The notes: generated from the letters alone by a model not told the origin. A DNA stretch of 64,000 nt from Tubulanus polymorphus (GCF_964204645.1 NC_134036.1:6354600-6418599); one strand, 5' to 3'; shown: positions 26,181-41,349, counted from the stretch's first letter. Numbers and translations: made by a program.

Positions 26181-27319
26181 AATTCGCTCCGCCGAGTCGA
26201 AAATGCTTCTAGTATTTTCATTAAAAATTCGTACGTTGTAAATTCAACTCAAGAAAAGATAATAAAGCAATATGACATAGAAAATTCACGAGATTTTAGT
26301 TATTTTAGTTTTTGTTTGTTCACTGACTGCTATATGTTCACATAATTCATTAAAATTAAACCTCGAACACTTAAACAAGTCGAGCTTCATCCGCGCAGAA
26401 ATATTCCGATCGAAATTTCCGATGCAATAGATATGTTTGCAACGAATTTATAAACAATTTCTTTTTATCTTTTTCTTCGACATATGGATCGTCAACGTCA
26501 TATCCTGTGAAAAATAAAACCGATATTACATTGAAGATAAGATTGAAGTGTTTTGGAGAAAAATGAATTCTAATCAATTCTGTATACCGCGTAGAAAGCA
26601 AAGTGATATATAGCGAATACGTCGGTCTAGAATAGAATTTACTATCATATGATTTTTATCAATTTCGAAATTAAAAGTTTTCGTGTATCTTCGTGCATTT
26701 ATAATTCGAACATGTAATATCTTCCTGGATCATTCTTGATAGAGACTGGATACATAATACATTTGACTCGAGTGAACATCGCCTTGATAGTGTTTATTAC
26801 TGTTTTTACCACAATATGACAACTGTTTCCGAGAATTTTGTAAAGGAGTCGGAGTTTGATTTTACACTTAATGTCTGGATCCTCGTTGTGACTAGGAATC
26901 CCCATATCCGATGTTTGAAAACCGAGATAGTATAATTCTAGTCTGTTCTAAATTGTCAGCTAGTTCAGATAAACTACTGTTTCATCGGGAATCTGACTTT
27001 TGTCGTAAACTCAATCGAGGACTTCGAACTATAAGTCACAGATAACCGACAGAATTCGCGACGCGTTTATATTATTCACACCTGGAATCGAACTGACAAA
27101 CTCCCTACTGACAAGCGAGCAACTTTTTAGTTATCATAATTGAATAACAGTAATAATGCAAGAAATGGATAGATACATCTGTTTATGATATATCCATTCA
27201 TTTCTTGAAATGAACTCGAAAAGAAGAGTAGAAATCGCATGAAACGCGTGCGATCAGAAATCATTTGACCGCCATGAAGATTTTGATGTAGTTGCGTTTT
27301 TACTACCACAAAACTATCT

Positions 27320-27430
27320 GGATCCAGTTCCACGGTCATGAGTTATAATTAACCCCGAGTCAAAATCAGTTTGTTCTCAATGAGTTTACTCTGAGTTACA
27401 TCTTAACCCACAACTGTGGAACTGACTCTT
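27320..27430. mobile_element. ~110-bp MITE-like element
   Basis: Inverted ends CAGTTCCAC(G)G / CTGTGGAACTG, with terminal style similar to the other short MITEs here. Confidence 0.5.
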
Positions 27431-29884
27431 GGACGCTCTTCCCAAAATTATATTATTACAATTGCCCGGTGAAATCTTACGTTACTGCAGTTATACTGAA
27501 AGTAATTTAATAAACGTCGAACCCTCTGTTGATTTGTTTTTAATGCGATAAATATATAGAATATGAAACGTAAATAGAACTCAATATCATTGAACAGAGA
27601 TGTCTTATATAATCCTCATAGACTCCCGCAGTGCCTTTTACCGGAGATTTGGATTTGAAAATCTAACGCGTACAATATTGTGTATGCGTGTAGCGAATTA
27701 ATTTGCGCAGTGTCACGTATTGTCAGCCTAATCCCGTTTGTAGATTTCGTCCGATTGGAATTTATTCAAACAGGTTTTAATGTTTGTGGTCTGAAGAATC
27801 TACGAAATATCGACCCCGAATTGCCAAAATTCGAAAAGGGCGGAATAACCGGTACATTGAATATTGATACACCGGTCACAATCCTCTCTTTAATCGTTAT
27901 CTATTAAAATACTTGAGTAAGGCCCTGGCGAGAGAACGTGTCCGTGCACAAATCCGAATGAATAAACTGAAATACCGGATGATAATATTGAAGATAATAT
28001 ATTTTATTTACCTTGAACCTGAGAATGATTTTCCTAATCCCTATTATATAAATCCCTATCGTTCCGAAGCTTCTCCTGTCCTGCTGTCGACACTCGTCTT
28101 ACTAAGGTACAGATTCTCCCGATTGACTGCTCTCTCAAGATGCGGGTCCCTTTTATAGAAAGAATCGGCATTCTTAAAATACCGACTCTCCCACTCGACT
28201 TTTGGCAAGGAGCAGCAACCTTACTGTCATGACTGTTTTGGTCATATAGAATTTGGCCTTAATGATTCGCTGATCTAAAATTATTTTCAAAACTGATTTG
28301 CTAAACTAACTTTTTTCTTCCAACCCTCCTGTCATGACGCGTTGTGATTTACTCACTCCTTGCTAGTCGTTGTTGAGAGAGCAGCTATTGTCTGTGAATT
28401 ACCAACGAGCGCATACAGACAACAGAAACTTCAGACAGCTAGTTTTAACATTTAACACAAATTAATTTTTCTAAAACATTAGCGGTTATTAACAATTTGT
28501 TCTTAAACAACATCTAGATTACTCAAATTAAATATCTTTTCAAAACTTTGTTTTCTTTTCTAATTACAGTACAAATTCATTGTTTCTTTTTTAATTATTA
28601 TAATTAACTACGATTCGGAATACATTGTGATTGATTATCAATTCTTAAATTATTTGAAATACTTATACTAATTATTTTATCTACAATTTAACTAATTCTA
28701 TTTTAATACAGGATAAGCAAAACAACCACATCTTCCTAAACTTCCGGTTTTTCCTTTTACGGAAAGTAGCTGGGAATATCATCAAGTATCAGCGTGATCC
28801 CTTCACGACCCTCATTATAAATACACTCCATTGTTCCGACCCAACCAAATATGGTTCCAACTATTTAAAAGTTTTATATAAAGATTTTCTGAATGTTTGC
28901 CAGATCTCACAGCAGAAGAACCGAGAAAGAATTGTTGTTTATAGACTGATTTATGGTTTGCGTTGGTAGATGAAAGCATCAAACAAGAACTTTCGTAATT
29001 CTTACTACTAGTACGTTCTTGTCTGACGGCTTTAACGTAACCCCCACGCATACAGAAACAACATTAAGAACATTTCTAAATACTACGAAATATTTTCAAA
29101 TACTACGAAAATCTAGCTGTGGATCAATATATATATAGTTCAAAATAAGATATCTTTTGTCGGATGGATCCATAATTATATTTGATGTCTTTCGGACAAT
29201 CTTTTGCCTGGTATTGCGATTAAGAAAAGAAGATATTTGTTTTAAAATCAAGATTTCTCGACAAAATCCGATTCTTGCGTTGGATTCAAACTATTTCGGT
29301 TATAAGCAAAGCTCACAAATCCATTCGTATTTGAAATATCTTGCATGTATCAGATTCTGAATAGATATTACAGCGAGGCGCACAATGATAAACGCCTCGA
29401 GGCTGTTTCTTCAAAAAACGGTCTAAACTTTCTGTGCACGACAGTGGTTTTCAGTATATTTCGTGTATCCGTTCAGATCAAATATATACAAACTGATTTC
29501 GTTTTCTCTGGTCCGTTAAAAATTAGCGTTCAGTTAATATATACACGTCACAACAACGTTGAACCTAAAGTCAATTTCGTTTAACTTAAGACAACTTGAA
29601 TAAGCGGATTGCAAAGTGTAATAATCTAAAATGATGGATATAACGATTATATCATTGGAATGAAAATTTGAAAATTATATTTCAATTTCGTTCATCGATG
29701 CATTTTTAAATATAACGATTTGTTTCTAGTGGAAATGAAAGATAGAAGAAAAAACAACATCCCGGATCATGTGTCAAAATTCGGTAGAGTATAGATTAGA
29801 TATCTTATTTTTGGTTTCAGATTTAAAACGAGCTCATCGTAGTTCATTCATGGCTTAGACGTATACTTTCAAACCTGACTCTCT

Positions 29885-30159
29885 TCAAAACCTGATGGCA
29901 TCGCTACACTCAGCTACGGCACGAACCCCCTGCTCACTAGAACGGGTGCGAAGATACTTGCGCAGGTTTGTATAATCGCTGAGGAAAATTTCACGGAAGA
30001 ACTTTAATTAAACGGGGATGCCCCGGCTAAAATCAAATCGGGTTAACTGATTGGCTGATAATGACATCATCTAAGCCGCGCGTGTAGCTGCGCACTCGTT
30101 CTTGTGTGGCAGGGTTTCGTAAAGTGGCGAGTATCGATGCCATCATGTTAGGGGGAGGA
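29885..30159. mobile_element. Diverged copy of the inverted tRNA-like-arm element
   Basis: Colinear with 8016-8317 (CCTGATGGCATCGCTACACTC..TCACGGAAGAACT..GGCAGGGTTTCGT..GGGGGAGGA). Confidence 0.75.
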
Positions 30160-30217
30160 TGCCCTCAATGCTAACATAACGCTCTCCTGTCTTGCCGGAT
30201 CTACCTGAGTCCGGGCT

Positions 30218-31165
30218 TATTTCAAGAATTTCACACCGTAAAATACGTTTTTTTTTGGCGAACAGTAGGTTTGCCTATGCAAACGGTCTGATGGAGCAGT
30301 TTTCATTGAAAATGAATAGAGTACCGGTGTGTCAACAAGGCACAAACATTGGCTGTTGAACCAATAGTGTTGATTTTTGGTGTCATGGTTTGGCTCAATG
30401 AGTTCTCGAGCCCACAAAAATTTCATAGTGATCGAACCCTGCTTTTTAGCACTAAGTAATGGCACGTTTTTACATATGACAATTTGCATGCTTGGAATTG
30501 AAACATATAAAAGTTCAATCCTTCCTAGAAGTGTCGCCGTCTTTAGTTCGACTGATCTCAATGTACTTTTCGACCTACAGGCCCTCACTTTATAAACCCC
30601 ATAAATTTCCTCGCTTCTATTTATTTGAGTTGACCTTGTAACCTGAGCTACAATGAATGTGATTGGCTGTTTGTGGGATACACGGGACATTCCGGGAATT
30701 TCGCCGTTTCTCATGTCATTGGGAAAGCCCATTGGGAAAGCCTAATGTGAAACCCAAAACAAAATGGCGCGCATTTTATTGTATTTGTTTTGATTTCTAG
30801 AAAAAAAGTCTGTATATGTTTGTATTTTTTTACATTTTGTCGATGGATGGATTCTGACTTGTGAAATTGCGGTCAATTTAATACCACGTCGCTAATACAT
30901 TTGTATATACGCGCGTCAACAGTCAGTCGCGAGTGTGCGAATGTAGGTTACAGTACTATATGGCTGCTGTGTGTGTTAGTAATCACCTGAGTCTATATAA
31001 GGCAATTATAGTATACACAGCACTCTCACACATACACAGGCGCTTATATTGTCAGCCTCATACATCTCTAATCCAAATTAATTCATATTTAGTATAATAT
31101 TTTTGACAATATATGCACTCAATGATTTAATGGTGAGCCACAGGGCCATTGGACCTTTATTTTTA
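30218..31165. mobile_element. ~950-bp insertion in the intron of the K3-type pseudogene, probably a non-autonomous element
   Basis: The flanks 30162-30217 and 31170-31200 are nearly adjacent in the intact K3 intron (~49637-49760). No recognisable coding domain. Confidence 0.5.
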
Positions 31166-31201
31166 AATTCAAATTTCATTTTTTTTTGTGTCATATGTTC
31201 G

Positions 31202-31282
31202 CTTGCGGTCCATAGGCCAAGCGTGTAATGCTGCGACCCTAACTCTTGTCAAAACTCGGTGTGTACACCGTACGGGGGCTAA
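31202..31282 (+). pseudogene. K3b: knottin pseudogene exon
   Basis: Aligns to the K3 exon 49762-49856 with acceptor AG>CG, a 1-bp deletion and a 13-bp deletion. It retains CCDPNSCQNSVCTPYGG* and the 3'UTR. No signal exon was found. Confidence 0.85.
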
Positions 31283-31779
31283 TCGTAGATGATAAGATGC
31301 AGTTGTAATCGGATCGATTCGTGGTGGTTGTCGAAATATCCGATTATGAAACTGAACCGCATTCACGATACCGACTGACTATGAAAAAGCTCGAATTGAA
31401 TCTATATTTTTTTTAAATCTTAAAATAGGGATATTTTAACTGCGTAGTAAGATCTAGTTTTATAATCAAATCAATAAAATGAAAATAAATAAATCAATAT
31501 GAGAATGATATAAGTTATCAATGAAGCGCCATATCATCATCAGTCATCGATATTGTAGATCCACGTTTTTACTTAACTCGAAAAGCACGACGTAATAGTC
31601 CGATGCAGCTATATGGTCCAAACACATTGCACACGCGACGATGTTTGGTGTCGTTGCTGCTCTGTATATTTGGGAATACATAAAAAGGTCTTCAAAAAAC
31701 AGACGAGTGTGAACCAGTAGAGTGTGTTCCACCGTGTCAGTAAATGCCCCCTTTTCCACGAAACTTCCGCACTAGATTC

Positions 31780-32088
31780 TTAAACCATTTTTCAGAACTA
31801 GGCCAAGTCCGCTAAAATTTACCCAACTAATGAAAACTAAAGGGAAACAACTCAAACAACTTTCTCAATTCATCAAAACTGCTTCCAAATACCGTTGTAT
31901 GTCGTTGTATTATTAATTCTGTATGTATTTTCTATGTGTGTGTGTTAAGTGCGTCTGTGTATGTTAATCACTTGTTAATTATCTGTTTATACGTGAAGCG
32001 CATTATTCATTGTTTTTTCTTTACTTCGATTTTGTTTTTTCGCTCTAAGCAATTGTATTTTTGTCGAGCAATAAAACATATTCTATTC
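31780..32088 (+). mobile_element. Severely 5'-truncated LINE (ORF2 extreme C-terminus + 3'UTR)
   Basis: Reads LKPFFRTRPSPLKFTQLMKTKGKQLKQLSQFIKTASKYR, then a T-rich UTR, AATAAA and (TATTC)2; ATTC on both sides. Confidence 0.55.
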
Positions 32089-33403
32089 ACCGATGATAGA
32101 AAATTAAAAATAAAACAATTTTGTTCTGGCGTTTCGGGAGGATTACGTACTTCCACCCATTTTCAGCGATTTATTGGAAAATGAGATACGAAAAAAATAT
32201 GGTTATAATCGTTTTTTTTTTAAAATTTATATCGTTAGTGAACCAACTATAATCCAGACCTAAAATACTTTCAACTATCTACGAGTGTAAACCAATTTGG
32301 ATCATCTTAGATTGGATGGTCTGATCAGTGAGGTCTGGTATGTGTGGATATGGCTTTTTGATGCGTTATCTCAACACGTAACAGCCATTAAAAGGCGCGA
32401 GATACAGTCACGTGAAATGAATAAATTCAACAACAAATATCATTAAATAAAACATTCGAAATTTTTATGACAACGTTTTGCATAAAACTACAATATACAA
32501 ACTATCTATAATGTATACACTACGGCGGGGGTTCGGGTTCCTGCTGAGCCAGGTTGGGCGTGTCTACTGAGCTAGAGTTTCGCGTAGGATAAATATTTAC
32601 AATACAGTATTAGCTTAATCTGTAAATTCAGGAGTATACCACTGACCAGGGCCTATACTTTGAGGACAAAATAATCCATAGGATGCATCATTCACAGTCC
32701 ATCGAAGTGTATCGTATACACACTTTTATCTCACTTCGTATTCTGTATTACAACGATAATGATGATAAATGCATTTCCTAAAGAAAAGTGAACGTTGCAT
32801 GTTTCGATACTGCGGCATAGGAACAACAATTACCACGAATTTTTCATTAGTAATAAAGAATTAGTCATCTTGCCGGATAGACACATAACAGCTGGACAAT
32901 TTATTTCGGTTGGCATCGTGGGTTGTGGATGTGGGTGCCTGACCTGAATGAAAACGATTGAATGTCGTGTCTATAGGAGTGACGGCTATCCGACCTGATA
33001 AGTTTTACTTCACGCAATTATCATTGACATATTAATTAATGATATATCAAACAATAGATCGACTCGAGATTATTGAACGTGAATAAAACGGTGAAAGTCA
33101 AACGGAATACTTATCGCAGTGATATTTAGTGCTGAGCCTATTACTATAAAACTGAGCGAATTTGGACAAATGACAATATTTTCACACAAATCATATCGCG
33201 CGGGGAGGGTATTTTGACAATGGTAACCCAATATTGCATAATTCATAAAAAAACACGATAGGCTAGCTGTAATGCCTCTTTGGACTCTTGTTTATGCCCT
33301 AAAATCAATTATCCCCATCAGAAAATGCTTTCAGAAATCAGAAAACAACGTTTTGACTGGCAATATATTCTAATTACCTTGCGCTGGGTAAAACTGGATG
33401 AAT

Positions 33404-36400
33404 TTATCTATTTTTACGGTGTTGCCTGCGTTTAGTTTTTGCTCGAATGGATTTCATATCGATAGTCAGTATTGTGTAAAGGAGGGGATTGAGGGACGAG
33501 TTGATCGGTAAGAAAAGAACCGCCAGCCAAGCCGCCACCTGATTCGGTATTTCTACCCGTAATACCGCGCAAAACTGAACGCTTATTAACGGCAGCCAGC
33601 AAAATAAATTACACAGATTTATCACCAAACTCCTGCGCGCTAAAACTAGTTCTGTAGGGTCAATTCTACCCGAACCGGCCCTACTTCCAGATACGAGTCG
33701 GTACATTTGCGCATAAGTGGCCATTATCGTAGAAAGAATGAAAAAGTTGGTTAATGAAAAAATAGCGAATGAATATTGCCAGGCGTTGACATCAATTGAA
33801 ACCAAATTCATAGGTAAACAAACTCCGGTAGTGCCGTAGAAATTGTCTCCAAAGTAAGAGATGGGTGTAAGAGGTAGCATTGCAATAACACACAAAACAA
33901 TCCAACATGCGCAACAAATGATACACGCATATCTCGGAGATGTAATTGGGTTATCAGAGAATGGGTCTACGATATTTGAGAATCTATGACGTGTCATGAT
34001 TAGTAAAAATATCAACGAACCTTCGCAAGAAATAGTGACCACTACTCCAGCAAGACGACAAATCAAACTGTTCGTCCATGATTCCGAATTGAGAAAGTAA
34101 ATGCCTTTGTAGATATAATCAGCTCCAGCGATCAGAAACAAATATATAGACATCATAAAATCACACACAGCAACATTAATGATGATGATGTCTGAAAATG
34201 GATTTGAGGAGGAGAATCGAATCGCTCGAATGCGAATAGAAATGACAATTCCATTAGCGATGAAACTGAATGAAGCGATCACCCAAATTATAGCTCTGAG
34301 GACTGTGTTACCCATCAGATCAGAACAAGAGGAAAATTGATCAGCTTCAGGAAGGCACTGGTCAACATTCGGAGCCATGCAACAAAATTTGTAAGCATCT
34401 GAAATTAAAGAGACTAATGACGTCAGATTGTTGAAAACATTCTTTTTTACGGAAATAACTTTATAGTTGTTGGTCATATCAAGGGTTTCAAGTGAAGTTA
34501 ATCCAGAAAATGCGTAAAGCGAAATATGATCGATTCTGTTACTGCTGATATTCAACGACTGTAATGTAGGTAAACCTGTGAATACATTCCTACCAAGCAC
34601 AACCAACCTAAGTCCGTGAAGATCGAGAACTTTAAGCGACATTAAATCTTGAAAGGTATCATCTTCTAAATGACGTATTGGATTATTCGTTATCAATAAC
34701 TCTTTCAAACTATACAAACCAGTGAATGTATTTGCCGATAATGATGTTAAGTTGTTATATGTAATATCTAATGTATGTAAATTATGCAGGTTTGAAAATG
34801 AGTTTGGTGAAATATTAGACAATTCATTGGAGGAGATGTTAAGAATTCGCAAATAAATATATGAATAGAATGTCGACATGTCCAAGATAATTTCATTATT
34901 TGACAAAATTAAAACTCGAGTAGATACTGAGAAAAGACCAGTAATATTTGTTAACCTAGTATTTCTACAGTCCATTAAATGACCTTGACAATTACAAACT
35001 CTAGGGCATGTGGCGTTACAGAAAGCTTCATCATCAGTTGTATGTTTACAACTAACGACACCATCACAAACTTCAGATTGTGGAATACATCTATTTTCCT
35101 GGCTACATTTAAACATCCCCGGACATGAAAATTTCTCGCAGTTTTGCTCATCTTCTGAATTAGGACAATCTGATTGACCGTCGCACACCTGTCTGATCGG
35201 TATGCAGTACGATGCTGGACATTTTACAGTACCAGCTGGACATTCGAATTCTTCACATCTCAATACGTGCTCAAGATTTCTACAAACCAGGTAACCATAC
35301 GCCAATTTATCTAGGATACATCTGTGACGTCTTGAATAACAATGAGGAGAATTGAAAGAACATCTTTGTTCATCAGATTTCGCGCAGAGATTTGTGAAGT
35401 TAGTCGTACAGTGGTTTTCATCATTACAACGTATCGTAGGATTCACTGTAATATTTGTATTTATTACAAGTTCATCTTCTTCGAGGCTTCCACTGCAATC
35501 CACGACACCATCCTGAACTAACTGAGAACTAATACAGTCTCCACTGTCACATAGGAATCCCTGACATAGTTGAGCGTTGCATCCTTTTTCATCGGTGGTG
35601 TCTTTACAGTTAGTTACTCCGTCACATCTATTAGACCCATTGACACATTGGCCACTTTTGCAGCGAAATTGTTCGGACAAACACGGGGTATGAAAACACG
35701 AGTTCTCATCAGAACCATCCACACAATCCCGTATGAAATCACAGAATCCACTTATTGATATAACCTGGCCATCAAAACATTGAAAATTTATAACTGTACA
35801 ATTGAATTCATATCAAAACATTGAAAATTTATAACTGTACAATTGAATTCATCTTCGCCGTGTTGACAGTCGTGTCTGGTATCACATACGCGGTGGTTGC
35901 TGATACATCTTTGATCGTTACATTTATACTGCCACGATTTACAACCGCTTATAGAAGCTAACTCTTCATCAGTTACATTGTATGAACACAGAACAGAATG
36001 AGCTGTATCTGTTGTATTATCAAACTGTTTAATTATCCATTTAACTGATTGAATATAAGTTATTTCATCCCTAGTAACAATTGGGTTTATTATTATCCCG
36101 TGATTCCTAAGACCATTTGTTAGAATAGCGCCATACTGGTGCCGATGATGAAATCTACCAATCAACAGTTCAGCGTGTATCAGATCCTGTAACACACCTA
36201 GATCACCATGGATATCATGACACATTTCTTTCGCTCTCACGATGTCTAAATTTAGATTTTTGTTCCAATCTGACAGTATCTGATAACATTTTCCAGCTAT
36301 ACTTAGCCAACCTGATGTACAAGTTGCATGTATTGCATTATTTATAACTTTTTGTTTATTAGTTCGGGATGTCGCATTATTTGTTAAATTTTGCTCCAGC

Positions 36401-36756
36401 TCAGTAATATATTTATTGTTATCAATTGTTGCCACTTCACAAATGAAACTCGTGTGAACTTCTTCGATTCCGCAAGGGAATCGAACCCAGTTCGCTGATC
36501 CTCGTGGATTATTCAGTATCATCGCTGTACACAGCATATTGACGTCATTTATCGGTTGTTTTCTGAGAGGAGATATCAATCCTTGAATAACTTCTGGTAT
36601 CGTGTCGTTATTTGTAGGTTTATACCACTCTGTGTAGCTCAATGGTTTCCCATCAGTCCAGGTATAATAACCAGATTCAGCCTGAAAATCAGTAACCATA
36701 TTTTTATGCTGGTTCACTACGTAGAACTCCTGATATGCAACTGAAGGTTCAACAAG

Positions 36757-36853
<97 letters not shown>

Positions 36854-39800
36854 ACCTAATACACCAAAAGGGGACTTATGTGTTCGAAAAGTATCAAATA
36901 TTGAGCAATTTTGAATCTAATGCGTCAATTTTTATGTGAGGGAAATAGACATCGATCACAAATGCGCATTAGAAAAAATGGCCATTTTATTGAACAAGTC
37001 CAGAGAAGCTCAATTGCTAAAACGGACAAACAATTTTATCATGTAGAAATCTATCTCGGTCGATTTCTTTTCAATGTCAAATAGAAGCAGATCATTTATC
37101 AACAAACGAACACAACGCAATAATATATATATATTTCTTGCACTCGTTCGACCTCATTTTAAAGGAACGTACAAAAGCACGGTAGTGCTCAGCCATGCAT
37201 AAATTTTTGCACATCAACATTCCATCTTCGAGAAAATTTCCAGGTCTACTAATTCTAATTCCAAAAATGTATGTCAATTATAGTTAATGAATAATTAATC
37301 TTAAAGCTGCGGCAACACTTTTTTCGCAGAAACCCGGTATTGTAGGTGTTACAACTATCATTTACCTGTATCTTGAGACCGATCATTATAATCAGCGCTT
37401 TTTGTGAATAACCTTCCTGAATCAGAGGTCTAGCAGCAAATAGTGATTTGATAGAAATCATTTCCTTTTCCGAGTTGATACTGAGTAGATGTCCCGCGTA
37501 CTTCTGTCTACAATACAATTCAGCATTCTCCCAATTCAGGCGTTCATCTCTGATGTATTTTACGCATGCAATTCCCGAATCTAGAAATCCTGATTTACAG
37601 ACATTATCACGTCGTTTTACCGGTAACTGTTTTTCTAAAATGAATTGGATACGGAATATGGGAATTCGGTTTTTGATTTCGAACCAATTGGACGTTTCCC
37701 ATAAACTGTAAAACGTAACTCCCGGTTCAGCAAAAGAATCGCAAAGTTTTACTACGTGTCGAGCTTTGCTTTTTATGTTATAACTGTCGTAACTTATTTC
37801 CTGGACGAACAAGATGGATTCCAGATGAAGTCGGGATTCCTTGTTGCACGCCGTCTTTTCCATAGTTTTGATGACGAATCGGTAAAACTGAATTCGGGTT
37901 CTTATAATTCTGAATTCGACTGCGTATTTCACTGTGACAGACGAACTTCCAGCAGATCTCGGATAGTTGGGAGACTGAATAATTCCACAGTCACCTTCCC
38001 TTCGCAGTCCATACCAGTCAATGCTTGTGTCGTGTCTCTTCAACGTTTGGCAAATACGCCGCAATTCAACAATGAATGGGAATCTTAAAAAGTAATTCGC
38101 TTCCCCGAATGTTACAGTGTGCAGTACGAGACTGTTATTCAGGCGCTGAAAGCTAAGAGCCATGTATCGACTACAATCCACGGTAGCTGGCATATGATCA
38201 GGCCTGCATCCGCCAATTTCATATTCGTATTGTGAAAATATGTGAATTCTATGTAGGGGAACTCTTCGGTTTTCGGGTGTTATCTTGAAACAGTCTGACG
38301 TAATTGTCACCTGGCGTTCTCCCTCCCGGAGGGCATAACCGTCACAGTCGGTCGGACGTAACATTAAAGCACCGCTGCCTCTCCGCATACCACGACTCTT
38401 AGAATAACCTACTACGATTACCGACCCGCCCGATGTAATCAGACTGATGAGACTTCGTCGATGACCCCGTGAACCGGGACAATACGGACCGTAGCGTCTA
38501 GCCGTGAAATTACCACCGTCGTATATGTAGTATCCGGTATTTTCACAATTCACTGACAGCACCGTGATATCAAGCTTCTTTTCATTTATAACCATTTTCC
38601 ATTTGAATTCATAAAGCATCACGCGATACTTTAACTTCCACGTTGAAAATGGTAGCAGCGAATGACATTCCAGCGATGATGCATATAATTTTCTAGGTAT
38701 CTAAATGTATAAGATTTGTGGGAAATATTTATTCATTTTATCATAACAAAATTCTTCGCACGAGTTGAAATCCGAGTGTATCCAAAATTTCATATTTACC
38801 CGTTGTTTACGGATGTAAAGTTCTGACATCGATATTGATTTCGTTCTGAAGTCTATTCTCATATTCGACCCTGTGATGTTCGGGATCGTTAGAACGCACA
38901 GTACGACGAGGAATCCGTCAGATTTAACACTCGGTAATTGCAGGTAGTTGTAACCGAGTAATATAGCAGTTCCCACGTCGCGTAACCCTTCTTGTTTATA
39001 TACACCAATGACGTCAGCGGATATGACGAGATCACGTGTCCAGTTGAAGACGACGTACTGTAACACCTGCACTGTGATAGACCAGCAGTGTAAGTGTTTT
39101 GATCGAGTTATTACGTGTAAACTGCTGTCATCAGGAATGAGTACTCCCGACTTGTTATTAGCGATCTGAATCAACGGATTAGAAACGTTCCAATCCGATA
39201 TTCTATAAGTCCGAATTAGAAGTTTAGTCGTTGATCTGTGGTGATTTGTCGTAGTAATCATCGCCTCGTTTGTTTTGGTATAAAAAGATGACGGTTGTTG
39301 TCCGCGTTGTACGCCTATAATCGCTATCGGTTCCCTGCTGGTGTTCCAGCCATCATAGATTCGAAAATTCGCCGCTGGATCGACATTACCGATGAGCCAT
39401 ACATCTATGTCCATTTCGACGAAGGTAAAATTCATTCCTAAACCAATCGGCAGGGCGTCCCATTTCATGAACACATGACACTTAGCGCCACAGAACATTT
39501 CGAATTTGTATCCAGTTGATGTGTTTAATTCCTTTATTTTAAAGGACCGTCTTCCACAGTTGTGACTGATTTTTATTCGGCTCCGTTCACAACGATATAT
39601 GATATAAACGCGACTACCTCGCGCACCGTCGATGTTACTCCTAAACATCAACGAGATCGAATCGTTACGAACGACGTCATAGTGTCCCTTGCCGCTGAAG
39701 TTTCTCCCGTCAACGAATAGGTAGTTATCACTATCGACTATTGACGGCTCGATGTCGTAGTGAACTTGGACGTGAAAAGTTCCCGGTAAAGAGCTATTGA

Positions 39801-40026
39801 TGAACCAACGACATTCAACACCGCGCGTAAACGACGGGTAATTCGGTGAAACGATGTAACCGGACGTAGAATCTAGCGGGTACCACGTGTTGTTACAAGA
39901 CGAACTTACCGTCACAGACGATTCCTCGATAGAATCTGCGCGATCAGCGCGCGCGATGCGAACTTGACAGACGATCAGCGACGCTATAAACAGCGCTCTC
40001 AGTCGCTGCTCCATACCGAACAACAT
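33404..40026 (-). pseudogene. GPCR copy B: GRL101-like receptor; exons 40026-38800, 38700-37366, 36681-33404
   Basis: Phase-0 introns 38799-38701 and 37365-36682; same domain order as copy A. The only visible lesion is an exact 41-bp tandem duplication (35771-35811/35812-35852). Removing it gives an open frame of ~1930 codons. Confidence 0.88.
36759..36849. repeat. (TA)n microsatellite in intron 2 of GPCR copy B
   Basis: Direct run. Confidence 0.97.
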
Positions 40027-40333
40027 CACTGCGACAGAATGAACGATATTCGTCAAGTTTCAAAAATGCGTTTATTGGTCGCATCAAGATCCGTTCTCAT
40101 CCAATCAGAAAAAGTTGCTCCGCCGAATTGAAAATTCTTGAAATATTTTCAGAAAAAAATACGCACCTTTGAAATTCAACCAAAGAAAAAAATGTTGCAA
40201 CGGCACACAGAATTCCATCTTTTCATTTTTCGCAATTTTATATTCTATGTTTGATTTGTTCGAATATTATATTTCTCATTATTATATGTTGTGTTCGTAA
40301 AGTCGTTATGCGTCATACTCTCAAAACAACGAT

Positions 40334-40441
40334 GCCCAGTTTTATAGACTAGTTCAAACTTTAACCGGGGGCTAACTTGATTCATTTTCAATTGAGTTAG
40401 CCCCCGGGTTAAAGGTAATACCAGTCTATAAAACCGGGCCC
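40334..40441. mobile_element. ~105-bp hairpin MITE
   Basis: Outer arms GCCCAGTTTTATAGACT/AGTCTATAAAACCGGGC; inner arms CTTTAACCGGGGGCTAACT/AGTTAGCCCCCGGGTTAAAG. Confidence 0.8.
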
Positions 40442-41034
40442 AGAGTTTACCTGAGCAGAAAAACACATTGTGGTTCGATTCACCGATTCGATTCACCGAT
40501 TCCGTAGACCTTTACCCACAAATCTGTAGATAAATTCTAACTCTATTTCTTCATATTTATTGCGAACGTTATGTGTATTCTCAAAACTCAGTCGTCGATA
40601 TTCGATTAAAAATGAATTTCTTTTTCATTCCAATTCTAATCAATTCCGAGTCTAGAACTGCGTATACTGGGAACGTGTTTTTTTTTGTCTCGAAAAATCC
40701 ATCGATATCGAGACCGCTGTTGATTTGACTAACATTCAGATTATGAAACGTGAATCAAACTCGATATCATTGAACGCAAATCTCTTGAGCCTTATCGAGT
40801 CTCGTTAGAGCCTCTTAAAAGCGATTTGAATTTGAAAATCTGGCGCATACCATATCCTGTATGTTTTTTGAGAAATCTCCCTAAGCTTCGCGTATTAAGG
40901 GTTTCATCCCCTTTTTGTCTCATAGAAATTTATTCAAACAAATTACTGTTCGTTATCTGAACGGTCCACAAACATCGATATCGAATTTTAAAATTCGAAA
41001 TTCGGACAGAATTAACGACAGATTAAAAATTTCG

Positions 41035-41349
<315 letters not shown>

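Noticed and set aside
27874-28810. Possible solo LTR (minus-strand TATA-like and AATAAA motifs, interrupting paralogous sequence)
   Set aside because: Could not define TG..CA termini or a target-site duplication.
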